Shown here piece by piece: positions 17,527 to 27,625 of a stretch of DNA of 32,000 bases. Each line of letters opens with the position of its first letter. The stretch's first letter is position 1. Origin of the DNA: Candidatus Helarchaeota ASGARD archaeon Hel_GB_B. Its GTDB lineage: Archaea; Asgardarchaeota; Lokiarchaeia; Helarchaeales; HEL-GB-B. The notes under the pieces were generated by a model that worked only from the letters and a program-made list of their open reading frames with translations, was not told where the DNA came from and ran no database searches. Both the position numbers and the translations under genes were made by a program. The stretch spans positions 15,288 to 47,287 of the forward strand of contig SUPR01000015.1 in assembly GCA_005191425.1 (NCBI GenBank), in the 5' to 3' direction.

Positions 17527-19182
17527 ATGATTGAAATATTGGTTAAAAATAACTTGATAAATTTATTAGAAAGCAAGACTTTTAATGAATTTTTATTAGA
17601 TTGGATTATTAAACAAAGATGGAGCGGTCTTACTGGGCAAACCATTGAATCGATGAAAATTATAGATTATTTTATTGAAAGCGAATATGAAAATAAAATT
17701 TTATTGCTATTAATTAACATAGAAACACAATTTCTAAATAAAAGTCGAAATATAAAGTATATTGTTTCATACATAATAATTAGAAAATTAGATAAAAATG
17801 TGGTACTTAAAATTAAATATAATAATGAAATTTATTATCTCTCAGATGCAAGTAAATATTTAGTTTATTATCAATGGATTTTAAAAAATTTTATGAAAAA
17901 GAGAGAAATGTTATTTCAAAAAGGTAGTAATTTATTTTATAATTATGATATAAATAATATTAATGGTATAAAAGTCAAGGACTTTTCTATTTTAGGAGGG
18001 GGAGATACTACAAATTCTGTAATAAGGTTGGAACTGTTTGATAATAAAAGTATAGTGTTAAAAGAATATAAAGTCCTGAAAAAACAGAGAGAAACTGATA
18101 TTTTAAAATTTCTTACTAAAATGAAATTTCGTTATTCTCCGATGTTATATGGAAATGTTAATTTAAAAATTGACGAAAAAACTTTTGATATTGCTATAAT
18201 TATGGAAAATATTAAATCAATAGGCGATGGGGGTACTCTTTTTTGGGATAACCTTTTAAAATATCTTGATAATATGGTAAAAGGTAAAATTCTTAAGGAT
18301 GAAGTAAAAATTTACGAAAAATTAAGAAATGATTCAGAATTAATAAATATTATCGATAGATTAACGATTAGCATTGTAAATTTTCATAAAATAATGGAAA
18401 ATTTTAACGGAAAAAATGAATTTTTCAATTCTGAAGATATAACTTTTTATGGTAAATTTTTGAATGATTTGATTAAAGAATGTAAAATAAAACTCGCAAA
18501 TTTGGATTTAATAAAGGTACATAAATTCTTAAAGAATATATATGAAGAATTATTTGTAAATGAACCGAAATTTCACAAATTACAGCTATTACGTAAAAAT
18601 TTAAATGGAATGAAAAAAATTGTTTGTCATCAAGACCTCCATTTTGCTCAAATGTTGACATCTAAACAGGAACATAATATAAATTTTTATTTAATTGATT
18701 TCGAGGGAGATCCCCAATTAAAATATGACTTAAAAATTGCAAAAGATATTGTATTTCGAGATATAGCCCCATTGATTACTGCATTATATTATATTCAATT
18801 TAATGCGTTAGTAGAAATCGATAAAAAATATAATTCTAAAAATCATGATTACTATTCATTATTTAAACGAATTTATAGCTATAGTTATGATAATAAAGAT
18901 TTTTTAAACAATTATGACCTAAAATTTTATCATATATTCAATTTTTCAAATAACTGGAATAAATTTATTCGTGAAAAAATCGTTTCAAATTATTTTCAAA
19001 AATATAATTTAGAATTTAAGGATAAAATTAATTTTACAAATAATAAATCATTCATTTTTAATTCCATTAAATTATATACAATTGATCGAGCAATACGCGA
19101 ACTTAAATATGAATTAACTCATAGAATAAACAATATAATTATCCCACTTTTTATTTTATGGGAAAATTTGAGGGATATATAG
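17527..19182 (+). CDS. maltokinase (Mak/Pep2)-like phosphotransferase
   Basis: N-cap LDWIIKQRW, IVLKEY, CHQDLHFAQML, LIDFEGDP, RDIA, RELKYEL..R. Confidence 0.78.
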   Translation: MIEILVKNNLINLLESKTFNEFLLDWIIKQRWSGLTGQTIESMKIIDYFIESEYENKILLLLINIETQFLNKSRNIKYIVSYIIIRKLDKNVVLKIKYNNEIYYLSDASKYLVYYQWILKNFMKKREMLFQKGSNLFYNYDINNINGIKVKDFSILGGGDTTNSVIRLELFDNKSIVLKEYKVLKKQRETDILKFLTKMKFRYSPMLYGNVNLKIDEKTFDIAIIMENIKSIGDGGTLFWDNLLKYLDNMVKGKILKDEVKIYEKLRNDSELINIIDRLTISIVNFHKIMENFNGKNEFFNSEDITFYGKFLNDLIKECKIKLANLDLIKVHKFLKNIYEELFVNEPKFHKLQLLRKNLNGMKKIVCHQDLHFAQMLTSKQEHNINFYLIDFEGDPQLKYDLKIAKDIVFRDIAPLITALYYIQFNALVEIDKKYNSKNHDYYSLFKRIYSYSYDNKDFLNNYDLKFYHIFNFSNNWNKFIREKIVSNYFQKYNLEFKDKINFTNNKSFIFNSIKLYTIDRAIRELKYELTHRINNIIIPLFILWENLRDI

Positions 19183-19294
19183 TTAATTCATAGAAATATT
19201 GTGTAAGAGTTAACCTAGAATTAATTAAATATTAATAAAATTTAAACTATAATAAAATTATTTAATTTAATCACAATAGGAATAATGATTTCAA

Positions 19295-22045
19295 ATGTCG
19301 CACGAAGAAATTACAAATGCAGTTCAAAGGTACAACGAACTACTAGAGTTAGCAAAAAATTATGAGCGTGATGAAAAATATGATGCTGCTTATGATATTA
19401 TAATTAAAGCTGAATCAGTTATAAGTAAATATGCATCTAAAAGTGAATTAGGAAATTTGGCTTATTTAAAAGGGACGCTTTTAATGCGAATGGGAAAATA
19501 TAAAAAAGCTGAAGATTTACTTAAAAAAGCCTTATCAATTTCTAAAGAAACAAAAGGAGCTTTAGATGATTCTAGAATTACTTATGCATTAGGAGACCTA
19601 CATTTTCAGCAATCAGATATGGAACTTGCCTTGAAATATTATCTTGGTGCTCTATCAATAATTTCAAAAGAATACGAGCGAGCAGCATTTACAAGATCGC
19701 ATTTACTTGAGGAAATTATTAAAGAACAAATAAAGCAACACCTAAATTTATCAGAAATCTATTTTCAAATGAATGACCTTGAAAAATCAATGAAACATGG
19801 TAAATTTGCAATAGAACTCGGTGAAAAGATCAACGACAAACTTACCCTGTTAAGAACACAACACAAATTAGCTCAAATTGAAATAAAATTAGGAAAATAT
19901 AAAACTGCTTTTAACCGTTTAATTGATACAATGGAGCTATTACTAAGCGACCGAAAAATTAAAGATGTCAATTTAAAAAGGGACATATATTATAGTCTTG
20001 CAGAGATTAGCCTAAAACAAAATAATTCTGAAGACGCTAAATCATATATTAAAAAAATATATCCATTAATTAAAAATTCAAATTCTAAACTCATTGAATA
20101 TTATTATAAGTTGGGGTCCATTTATGTTAGAGCAGGCAGTTATAAATATGCTATTAAATATTTTAATAAAGCTATAGAACTATCTGAATCAGTAAAATCA
20201 CCTTTAATTAGTAAGCTACTCTACGAGATCGGAAATATATATTATCAAATGAGGGAATATGATCTTGCTGTCCAAATGCTCAAGAAATGTTTTGATACGA
20301 CCAAATCCAATTTTAAATTAGAAGGTAGAATTAACTTACTAATAGGAAAAACGCTTTTCTCGCAACAGAAATTTGAAGATGCAATTTATTACTTCAAAGA
20401 GGCATATAATATTGCTTATAAAAAAATTAATGATTTCAAAGGCAGTATTATTGCAAAGAATTATTTAGGAAAAATATATTATTTTCAAAACAAATTAATG
20501 GAATCTTTAAATGAATTTAATGATGGTTATTATATATTAAGACAATTACCCCTCAGAAATAATTTAGAAATATCTAAAAAGACCTTGAATAAATTAGTTT
20601 TTCTTATTATATTCAATATTATCAAGTTAAAAATTAAATTTTACGAAAATAATAGAAATAAAGAAGAATTAAAAGAAGCGATTGGGTATTTAGAATATTT
20701 GAAATTTTTTAATGCATTTAAATTTATTAGAAAATATGAAGGGTTTCCGGGTTCAATAGCAGCTAACTGGAACAAAAATTTAAGAAAATTAAATAAGTTG
20801 AGTAATGACCTAGTAATAATGGATTCAAAACTAAAAAATAGTTTAAATTATAAGGAAATTGAAAAAAATCTAAAAAATAGGGATAATTTGATCAAGGATT
20901 ATTTGTCTATTATGGACAAAATTTGGGAAAAATCTCCAGATGGAATAAACTCATTCCCATCTAACCCATCAAGAATTATCGATAAATTTTTCGAATCAAA
21001 TATAACTGAAAATTGGGCAATTTTGTATATATTTTATCTTCCCTTAGACGAAAAAATTGTTACTTTTATTATCGACCCAAAAGAAAAAACTATAGATTAT
21101 AAATTTAAATATATAGAGCTTCACAAAATTAATGAATTAATTAAAAAACAAATTGAATTTGATAGGTTCAAAAAGCAAAACAAATATGAGGAATTAAATA
21201 CAATATTAGAGTATTTCTCAGAAAGTTTATCAGAACTTCTTCCAAATATGGTCATTGAAAATATATTACAAAAAAAATATAAAAGTATTACAATTATTCC
21301 GCACAAATTTTTATTTCAATTACCATGGGAACTTATGAAATTAAAAGGAAACTATTTATTTTCTCTAACAGACATTTCTCGACATTATTCTATTGAATGG
21401 TTGAGAATAGATATTAACAAGGTTGGAAGTAAAAAGCCCACGATTTTCTTCATGATAGATGCGGACCATGGAACAGACCTAGAAATAACAAATGCAGATA
21501 ATGAGGTTGCTGCCATAAAATCTAAATTTAGTAATTTTAAATATGATTCTTTGCAGTATTTAGACCTTACATTAAATAATTATACAGAAACAATAAAAAG
21601 AAAGAGTTTCATTATTTTACATTATTTAGGTAATTTAATTTTAAATTTAAATAGCCCATTTAATTCAAAATTGAAATTATTTAGACATGAATATATTACA
21701 CCACTTGACCATTCAAAATATTTATTCAAACAAAATCCAATAATTATAATAGCAAATACTGAATTTACTTTTGAGAGTGATATAAATTTAGATACTGACT
21801 ATATTTATATTTTTTATAGAAATTTAATGATTTCAGGTTCTTCTGGACTTATATACTCTTTTTCCGGTCAAAAATCTATTGACAAGACTAATTTTTACTT
21901 AAATTTATATCAATCTTTAAATAACAGCGAAAATATATCAAGATCACTTGCCAATTCAATTAGAGCAGCTAAAGAGAAAAATGCACCTGTTGGTGAATTA
22001 TACTGGACATTTATTGGAAATCCATTTTTTAAAATTATGAAATGA
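19295..22045 (+). CDS. TPR-repeat protein with C-terminal CHAT (caspase-like) domain, catalytic dyad degenerate
   Basis: About 400 aa of TPR-like repeats (e.g. YYKLGSIYVRAGSYKYAIKYFNKAIEL), CHAT-type TIIPHKFLFQLPWELM, ILHYLGN, and terminal YWTFIGNP. Confidence 0.8.
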   Translation: MSHEEITNAVQRYNELLELAKNYERDEKYDAAYDIIIKAESVISKYASKSELGNLAYLKGTLLMRMGKYKKAEDLLKKALSISKETKGALDDSRITYALGDLHFQQSDMELALKYYLGALSIISKEYERAAFTRSHLLEEIIKEQIKQHLNLSEIYFQMNDLEKSMKHGKFAIELGEKINDKLTLLRTQHKLAQIEIKLGKYKTAFNRLIDTMELLLSDRKIKDVNLKRDIYYSLAEISLKQNNSEDAKSYIKKIYPLIKNSNSKLIEYYYKLGSIYVRAGSYKYAIKYFNKAIELSESVKSPLISKLLYEIGNIYYQMREYDLAVQMLKKCFDTTKSNFKLEGRINLLIGKTLFSQQKFEDAIYYFKEAYNIAYKKINDFKGSIIAKNYLGKIYYFQNKLMESLNEFNDGYYILRQLPLRNNLEISKKTLNKLVFLIIFNIIKLKIKFYENNRNKEELKEAIGYLEYLKFFNAFKFIRKYEGFPGSIAANWNKNLRKLNKLSNDLVIMDSKLKNSLNYKEIEKNLKNRDNLIKDYLSIMDKIWEKSPDGINSFPSNPSRIIDKFFESNITENWAILYIFYLPLDEKIVTFIIDPKEKTIDYKFKYIELHKINELIKKQIEFDRFKKQNKYEELNTILEYFSESLSELLPNMVIENILQKKYKSITIIPHKFLFQLPWELMKLKGNYLFSLTDISRHYSIEWLRIDINKVGSKKPTIFFMIDADHGTDLEITNADNEVAAIKSKFSNFKYDSLQYLDLTLNNYTETIKRKSFIILHYLGNLILNLNSPFNSKLKLFRHEYITPLDHSKYLFKQNPIIIIANTEFTFESDINLDTDYIYIFYRNLMISGSSGLIYSFSGQKSIDKTNFYLNLYQSLNNSENISRSLANSIRAAKEKNAPVGELYWTFIGNPFFKIMK

Positions 22046-23408
22046 ATTCTTTGTGTATTAAATAGACAGCATCATTCAAATCTTTTGAAGGAATTAATAT
22101 AGATATATTTAGTCCATAACTTCCTTGCGCAATAGCTAAAACAGGAATTTCTTTTTCTCCTAAAGCATTAAAAATACGACCAATAATCTTTGGTTTAGAC
22201 AAGTTCAGTCCAATTATTGCTATCATTCCTACCTCTTGGACAGACACTTTAAACCATTTCTTAAAAAATTCAGATTCCTCAATCACCTTTTTTGCTTTTA
22301 TTCCATCCCCCTCTGAGACGGTGAATGTCGTATTTATTTCCGATGAAGATTGGCTTACCATCATTACATTTATAGAATTTTTACCCATCAATGCAAATAA
22401 TTTTGCAAGGACACCTGGAATTTGGACAGTACCAGTACTTAATGCCGTGACCATACAGACTTTTGGGATTATAGATATACCAGTAATTTCGCTTTTTAAT
22501 GCCTCATTACCTATAACAGTCCATTCCGAACTTGATGGGTCTTTAAAATTTTTGATTTCCAGCTGAATGTTCTTTTCTTGGATTGGGATAATACATTTGG
22601 GGTGTAGAATTTTACTTCCAAAATATGCTAGTTCTTTTGCCTCATTATAAGACAGCCTCTTTACTAATCGTGCGTTTGAAACAATATTTGGATGCGCAGT
22701 TAATAGTCCAGGTACATCTTTCCATAGAATTACCTTCGATTTGACCTTTGGGGGATTATGTAAACAATTGGAAATTATCGTTGCAGTAAAATCACTTCCA
22801 CCTCTACCTAAAGTAGTCGTATGACCTTCAATATTTCGGCCAATAAATCCAGTTATACAATAAATAGTGCCATCTAGTTTAATTTTATCATTGACCAAAT
22901 TTCTGGTTGCGTCCATTATTGGTAATGCATTCTGATAAACATTATCTGTAAAAATTAATTTATCAGCGGATAGAAATTTTGTTTTATAACCTTTAGTTTG
23001 TAAAAAACAATATAATATATATGTGGATAATTTTTCTCCCTTTGACATAACAAAATCTAATTTATAAGGCGTTAACCCAAAAATTTCGATTTCATTGAGC
23101 ATTTCCTCGAGGCTGTTAATTTGACTGTTCAAATAATTTTCAGCCATTTCTAAATAAATAGGATTTGTAATTAGTTCAATTAACTTAATATGTTCAGCCT
23201 TTATTTTCCTAATTAAGTCATGATATTCCGTTTTTTGGTCAGCCATTTTTGCAATTTTAATTAATAAATCAGTCATTCCAGACATTGCAGATAATACTAA
23301 AATTAACTCGTTATCTTGATATTGATCAATTATTTTGATTACAGTATTTATGGAATTAGGAGAAGTTAAACAACTTCCGCCAAATTTCATTACATAAACA
23401 TTGTTCAT
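22035..23408 (-). CDS. lysC: aspartate kinase with two ACT domains
   Basis: VMKFGGS, LSAMSGMTD, SKGEKLS, TTLGRGGSDFTA, KDVPGLLTAHP, EAKELAYFGSKILHP, SQSSSEINTTF. Confidence 0.95.
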   Translation of the reverse strand: MNNVYVMKFGGSCLTSPNSINTVIKIIDQYQDNELILVLSAMSGMTDLLIKIAKMADQKTEYHDLIRKIKAEHIKLIELITNPIYLEMAENYLNSQINSLEEMLNEIEIFGLTPYKLDFVMSKGEKLSTYILYCFLQTKGYKTKFLSADKLIFTDNVYQNALPIMDATRNLVNDKIKLDGTIYCITGFIGRNIEGHTTTLGRGGSDFTATIISNCLHNPPKVKSKVILWKDVPGLLTAHPNIVSNARLVKRLSYNEAKELAYFGSKILHPKCIIPIQEKNIQLEIKNFKDPSSSEWTVIGNEALKSEITGISIIPKVCMVTALSTGTVQIPGVLAKLFALMGKNSINVMMVSQSSSEINTTFTVSEGDGIKAKKVIEESEFFKKWFKVSVQEVGMIAIIGLNLSKPKIIGRIFNALGEKEIPVLAIAQGSYGLNISILIPSKDLNDAVYLIHKEFIS

Positions 23409-23427
23409 TAAAATTTTTTCCTTTTCA

Positions 23428-25137
23428 TTATTTATTTATCCAAAATTCAATATCAATTTCTTCAAATAATCTATCTTCTTTCTCCAATAGACCAAGATAG
23501 TTCCAATCGCCTTCGTAAACTTGTTCTTGAGAGCAATAAGTTTCGACCATTTTTGCCAAGCGTTTAAATCTAGAATAATGTTCTGCAACTCTATTTTCAG
23601 CATAATCTCTTGCAGACCATGTGGAAATCAAAAATTGCCAATCAGAAGATTCTAGAAGGAATAATTCTCTTCCTAATTGTTTTAATATTTTTTTAACATT
23701 TTCGTCTTCATTTTTATGGTATTTTTTTACTAGTTCTATCATTTTATCTTCACATTCATAGATTTTTTCCCAAGTCCATTCAGTCCATTCATTAAGCCAT
23801 ATCCAATGCCCTTGACCTTCTCCCCAGCTCCCTTCAGGAATTTTTATGATGGTACTGGCAGGATATTTTTCCATAAATCGCCCGCAAGTGGTCAACTCGA
23901 TTTCTGGATCTTCTTGCGTCCATTTCAGGACATAATATAAAAATCTAGGGCCTTCCCACCACCAATGACCAAAAAGCTCACTGTCATAAGGTGCCACAAC
24001 TATCCCGGGTACATTTGGAGACTTCTCAAAATGACCTCTTAAAAGTTCATTTATTAAGGATTTAAAATGACCTGCATTTTCCTTAATTCTGTCATCTACT
24101 TTGTCCGGGTAATACTCAAATTTGTCCCCCAATGATGATTTTGCACTCGTTACTCTCCAATATCTAAGACCGCCAGGATAATGTTTCTTATGAAATTCCA
24201 AATACCAACCATCCCCAGGATAACCATGTTCGGCACTCCATAATTGTATTGAGGTTCTTGGATCTCTCGTAAATACAGTGACAGGTTCCATTTCTTCTTT
24301 AGGGTGAAGAATATAGGTAGTATAAGGTGTTTTATTAATGTCAATTGGGTCTGGTGTATATTGCTCTTTAAATATTTCCCATAGTTTTTCTAATGCCTTA
24401 AAACGCATAGCATAAACACCTACAGCCTCTCCACCTTTTAATAAATGCGTGTCTATGATAAAATAGCGAAGTCCATTTTCAGATAATATCTCCTCAATAC
24501 CTTTCCGGTCAATTGGGGGGACTTCACTTCGTACAGGGCGTTCCCATTTATATGCTGGGCGATATGCACATTCAGGCAACCAAATACCAATTGGATCTCT
24601 TCCATAATGCTTTTTATAATTTTTTATCCCCATTTTAATCTGAGCTTGGACACATTCATCATCTCCAATAAGTGGAAGATATCCATGCGTTGCTGCACAA
24701 GTAATTATTTCAATAATGTTTTCATCTTGAAGGCTTTTAAATGCTCCTACTAGGTTTCTATTAAATTTGTTGTCAAAATCATTTAAAATGTTTGAATAAA
24801 AATTTTCCCACATTTTCGCTAAATTCGAGCGGTGATCATTGCCTAATGAGTTAAATAATTTATAATCATTCTGAGCTGCATCTATTTTATTGTTTAAATA
24901 TGTGATAAAACTCTCTTGAAAAACTTTTGATGCTAACTGCTCGGTCAATACAGGAGTAATACCAATTGTTAAATGAGGTACATATCCTTCATCCTTTAAT
25001 CTATATAAGATATTTATTATTGGAATATAACACTCAGCTGCTGCTTCGTTTAACCAGTCCATACCGTGAGGCCATATCCCATGATTTAAAACATACGGTA
25101 AATGTGTGTGCAAAACAAAAGAAAAATTACCTATCAT
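23428..25137 (-). CDS. GH57 1,4-alpha-glucan branching enzyme (DUF1957 type)
   Basis: LHTHLPYV, ATHGYLPL, WLPECAY (nucleophile), APYDSELFGHWWWEG (acid/base), SSDWQF. Confidence 0.93.
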   Translation of the reverse strand: MIGNFSFVLHTHLPYVLNHGIWPHGMDWLNEAAAECYIPIINILYRLKDEGYVPHLTIGITPVLTEQLASKVFQESFITYLNNKIDAAQNDYKLFNSLGNDHRSNLAKMWENFYSNILNDFDNKFNRNLVGAFKSLQDENIIEIITCAATHGYLPLIGDDECVQAQIKMGIKNYKKHYGRDPIGIWLPECAYRPAYKWERPVRSEVPPIDRKGIEEILSENGLRYFIIDTHLLKGGEAVGVYAMRFKALEKLWEIFKEQYTPDPIDINKTPYTTYILHPKEEMEPVTVFTRDPRTSIQLWSAEHGYPGDGWYLEFHKKHYPGGLRYWRVTSAKSSLGDKFEYYPDKVDDRIKENAGHFKSLINELLRGHFEKSPNVPGIVVAPYDSELFGHWWWEGPRFLYYVLKWTQEDPEIELTTCGRFMEKYPASTIIKIPEGSWGEGQGHWIWLNEWTEWTWEKIYECEDKMIELVKKYHKNEDENVKKILKQLGRELFLLESSDWQFLISTWSARDYAENRVAEHYSRFKRLAKMVETYCSQEQVYEGDWNYLGLLEKEDRLFEEIDIEFWINK

Positions 25138-25514
25138 TTTATCGTTCCTTTTTAAATTATTTTAATCAGATTGTATATTAATTCTTTTCATACCTTAAAT
25201 TTTTAATTTAAATTTATTCAATATTCATTACTATTAAAAAAGGGATTTTATAAGTTTTTAATGGTATATATAGTTAATTTAATTTTTTATTATATTTACT
25301 CATATAAATCAATTTGATAAAATATTTCTCAATATATAAGTTATTATTTGCATTATTTTTAATTCTTTTATTAGTTTCTCGTTTTTGCTAAAAGATCGAT
25401 TGATAATATAAAAAGTTGTTAATTTAACAATTTATACAAGTCATTTTGATTTATTCAATACTCATTTTTAGAAAGTTGGAATAAATAATTTTTTATGAAA
25501 AAAGAATGGATATA

Positions 25515-26390
25515 TTAATTTAAATTCTCTTTAATCCATTTCACTATTTGAGCAGTTATTAAAGTTTCTTGTCCAAAATAATGGTGCCCACCTTTTTCAA
25601 ATAATACATACCGATCTTTTGGTAATTGTAATAACTCTCTATTTTTTTCAAATTCAGAAATATGAATTATTGGATCGTTTTTACAATGACTTAAGAAGAT
25701 TTTTTTTCCTGGATAAATTGGCTTAGTTAGATAATTTTTAGGACTAACAATTTTTTGCTGTTCTTTTGTAGGATTAAAGTTCATTTTAAGGAAAACTTTA
25801 AAAAGAAATTTATTAAACAAGCTCATATTAATCAGCGCAGATTTTGCATCATTTGGAGCACAATTTGCAATTACAACTCTTATTCTAGGGTCTTCGTATC
25901 CAGATGTTAGTGCTACAAGCCCGCCAAGACTAAATCCAACTAATCCGATTCTAAAATTATCTAAATCTGGCCTCTTTTCCACAAATTTTACTACATCTTT
26001 TAAATCTTTAATTATATCAACAATTATATTTGGGTCCTTGATATTTCCCGGGTTAATTCCGTGTCCATAATGGTCATATGCTATAACGGCATAACCTGCC
26101 ATAGCAAGGGGTATATTAATCCAATCTAAATTCTCATGTTTTGAAACCCATCCATGCGCTACAATAACAGTCGGGGCAGGGACAGGTAAATCATGTAATT
26201 TATAGATTTCCCCTTTTAGAAATGAATTTCGACGTGGAATTGGGATTTCTATCTGCTCTCTCTGAATTTTATCTGGGAAATCTATTTTACTCCATCGTTT
26301 AATATATATTTTCACTAAGAAATATGTTGCTAATACAGAACCAACTATTGAAAATATGTAAATCCCAAAAAGAATCTGAATTATTTCCAT
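25515..26390 (-). CDS. alpha/beta hydrolase with N-terminal membrane anchor
   Basis: Hydrophobic N-terminus, HGW, YDHYGHG, GFSLGG nucleophile elbow, NDP, GGHH. Confidence 0.9.
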   Translation of the reverse strand: MEIIQILFGIYIFSIVGSVLATYFLVKIYIKRWSKIDFPDKIQREQIEIPIPRRNSFLKGEIYKLHDLPVPAPTVIVAHGWVSKHENLDWINIPLAMAGYAVIAYDHYGHGINPGNIKDPNIIVDIIKDLKDVVKFVEKRPDLDNFRIGLVGFSLGGLVALTSGYEDPRIRVVIANCAPNDAKSALINMSLFNKFLFKVFLKMNFNPTKEQQKIVSPKNYLTKPIYPGKKIFLSHCKNDPIIHISEFEKNRELLQLPKDRYVLFEKGGHHYFGQETLITAQIVKWIKENLN

Positions 26391-26646
26391 TTTTCTACCT
26401 AATGCTTTTTGTATAAGTTCATAATTTTGACGTTCATTATAGGAATGATTAAATATATTATCAAAAAATTTACTCTACTTTTTTTGAATTAATAATCATT
26501 TTTTGGAGACAAACTCATTTTTTTTAGGTCATGTAAAGATATGTTTACGAATATTTATAAATTTTAAATTTTGAATTTAATTCAAGATATACTTTGAAAA
26601 TCACATTAAAATTGTTCTGAAAACTGTAAAAATTTGGATATACCAC

Positions 26647-27096
26647 TTAAAGGAACTGTATAAACTTATCTAATGTAATTTTTGCCCCTATATTGGGAGG
26701 AATTCCGACTAATTTTTTTACTTCAGAATATGTATAACCTTTTTCATACAAATTTTTAATTGCCGGTGAAAAAATTTTTTTGTAATAATTTTCGCCCATT
26801 TTTTTAATAATTTTATCAAATTCTTTAGACGTAATCCATTTTTCTTTATTTCGCGCCCGTATAGTTGCACCTTTTTCACCCTTTTTGCTTTGAATTTCGT
26901 AAAATGGTTTTTCTTTTTTTGTCCTAGCCCTATAACCAACAATAGCTATTACAATGCCATGAATTTTAGCTTCTTCTTCGTTATGACCTTTTTTAAGCCA
27001 ATCAATTCGGTGGTATTCTGAAATTATATCCCATTTTCCAATTTTTATTGATTTTATTTCTTCCAACTCTTTTTCAGTAAATTCAGGACTACCCAT
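26647..27096 (-). CDS. hypothetical protein (149 aa)
   Basis: ORF track, AGGT upstream, protein-like composition; family not identified. Confidence 0.75.
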   Translation of the reverse strand: MGSPEFTEKELEEIKSIKIGKWDIISEYHRIDWLKKGHNEEEAKIHGIVIAIVGYRARTKKEKPFYEIQSKKGEKGATIRARNKEKWITSKEFDKIIKKMGENYYKKIFSPAIKNLYEKGYTYSEVKKLVGIPPNIGAKITLDKFIQFL

Positions 27097-27202
27097 TTAA
27101 ATATCACCTAAAATTATGGATAATGTCTAAATAATAATAATATTGAAAAATTAAAAAAGATAATTAAAAATGTAGAAAAAAGAATTTTTGAATCCTATAT
27201 TA

Positions 27203-27625
27203 TTATTTCGATTGTTCTTGTCCATAGACAAATATGGACACAAAATAACCATTTAGCCCACCTAAACCACCAAGAATTCCACCGATTAATAGTGCCATAA
27301 AAATTATTATAACACCTAGATCGCCTAATCCCATAATACTAGCGATTATATTTGCAAATGTTAAAAATGGCCCTTGAAATGCCCATATTATAAAATAAAT
27401 CCCCCATGAACAAATAATGCCCAAGAACCCGACCAAGAAACTTTTACCTCCAGATTTTACCAAGAAACCACCCAAAAATCCGGCTACTAAATTAAGCAAC
27501 CATGCATATTCCCAGATAAATCCAAATAACTGTAATAGAAATCCGGTTACAGTAGTAATAATGAGTCCAATCAAAAACTTATTTTTTTGTTTGAAGAATT
27601 TTTCAAGTTCGTCCATTTTATTCAC
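27203..27625 (-). CDS. small Gly-rich membrane protein (about 4 TM)
   Basis: Hydrophobic helices with GxxxG-like runs; GTGA overlap with the upstream acylase stop. Confidence 0.8.
   Translation of the reverse strand: MNKMDELEKFFKQKNKFLIGLIITTVTGFLLQLFGFIWEYAWLLNLVAGFLGGFLVKSGGKSFLVGFLGIICSWGIYFIIWAFQGPFLTFANIIASIMGLGDLGVIIIFMALLIGGILGGLGGLNGYFVSIFVYGQEQSK

Noticed and set aside
26391-26474. Open in-frame stretch upstream of the alpha/beta hydrolase start
   Set aside because: No start codon before the upstream TAG; the annotated ATG follows AGGT and begins a TM segment.
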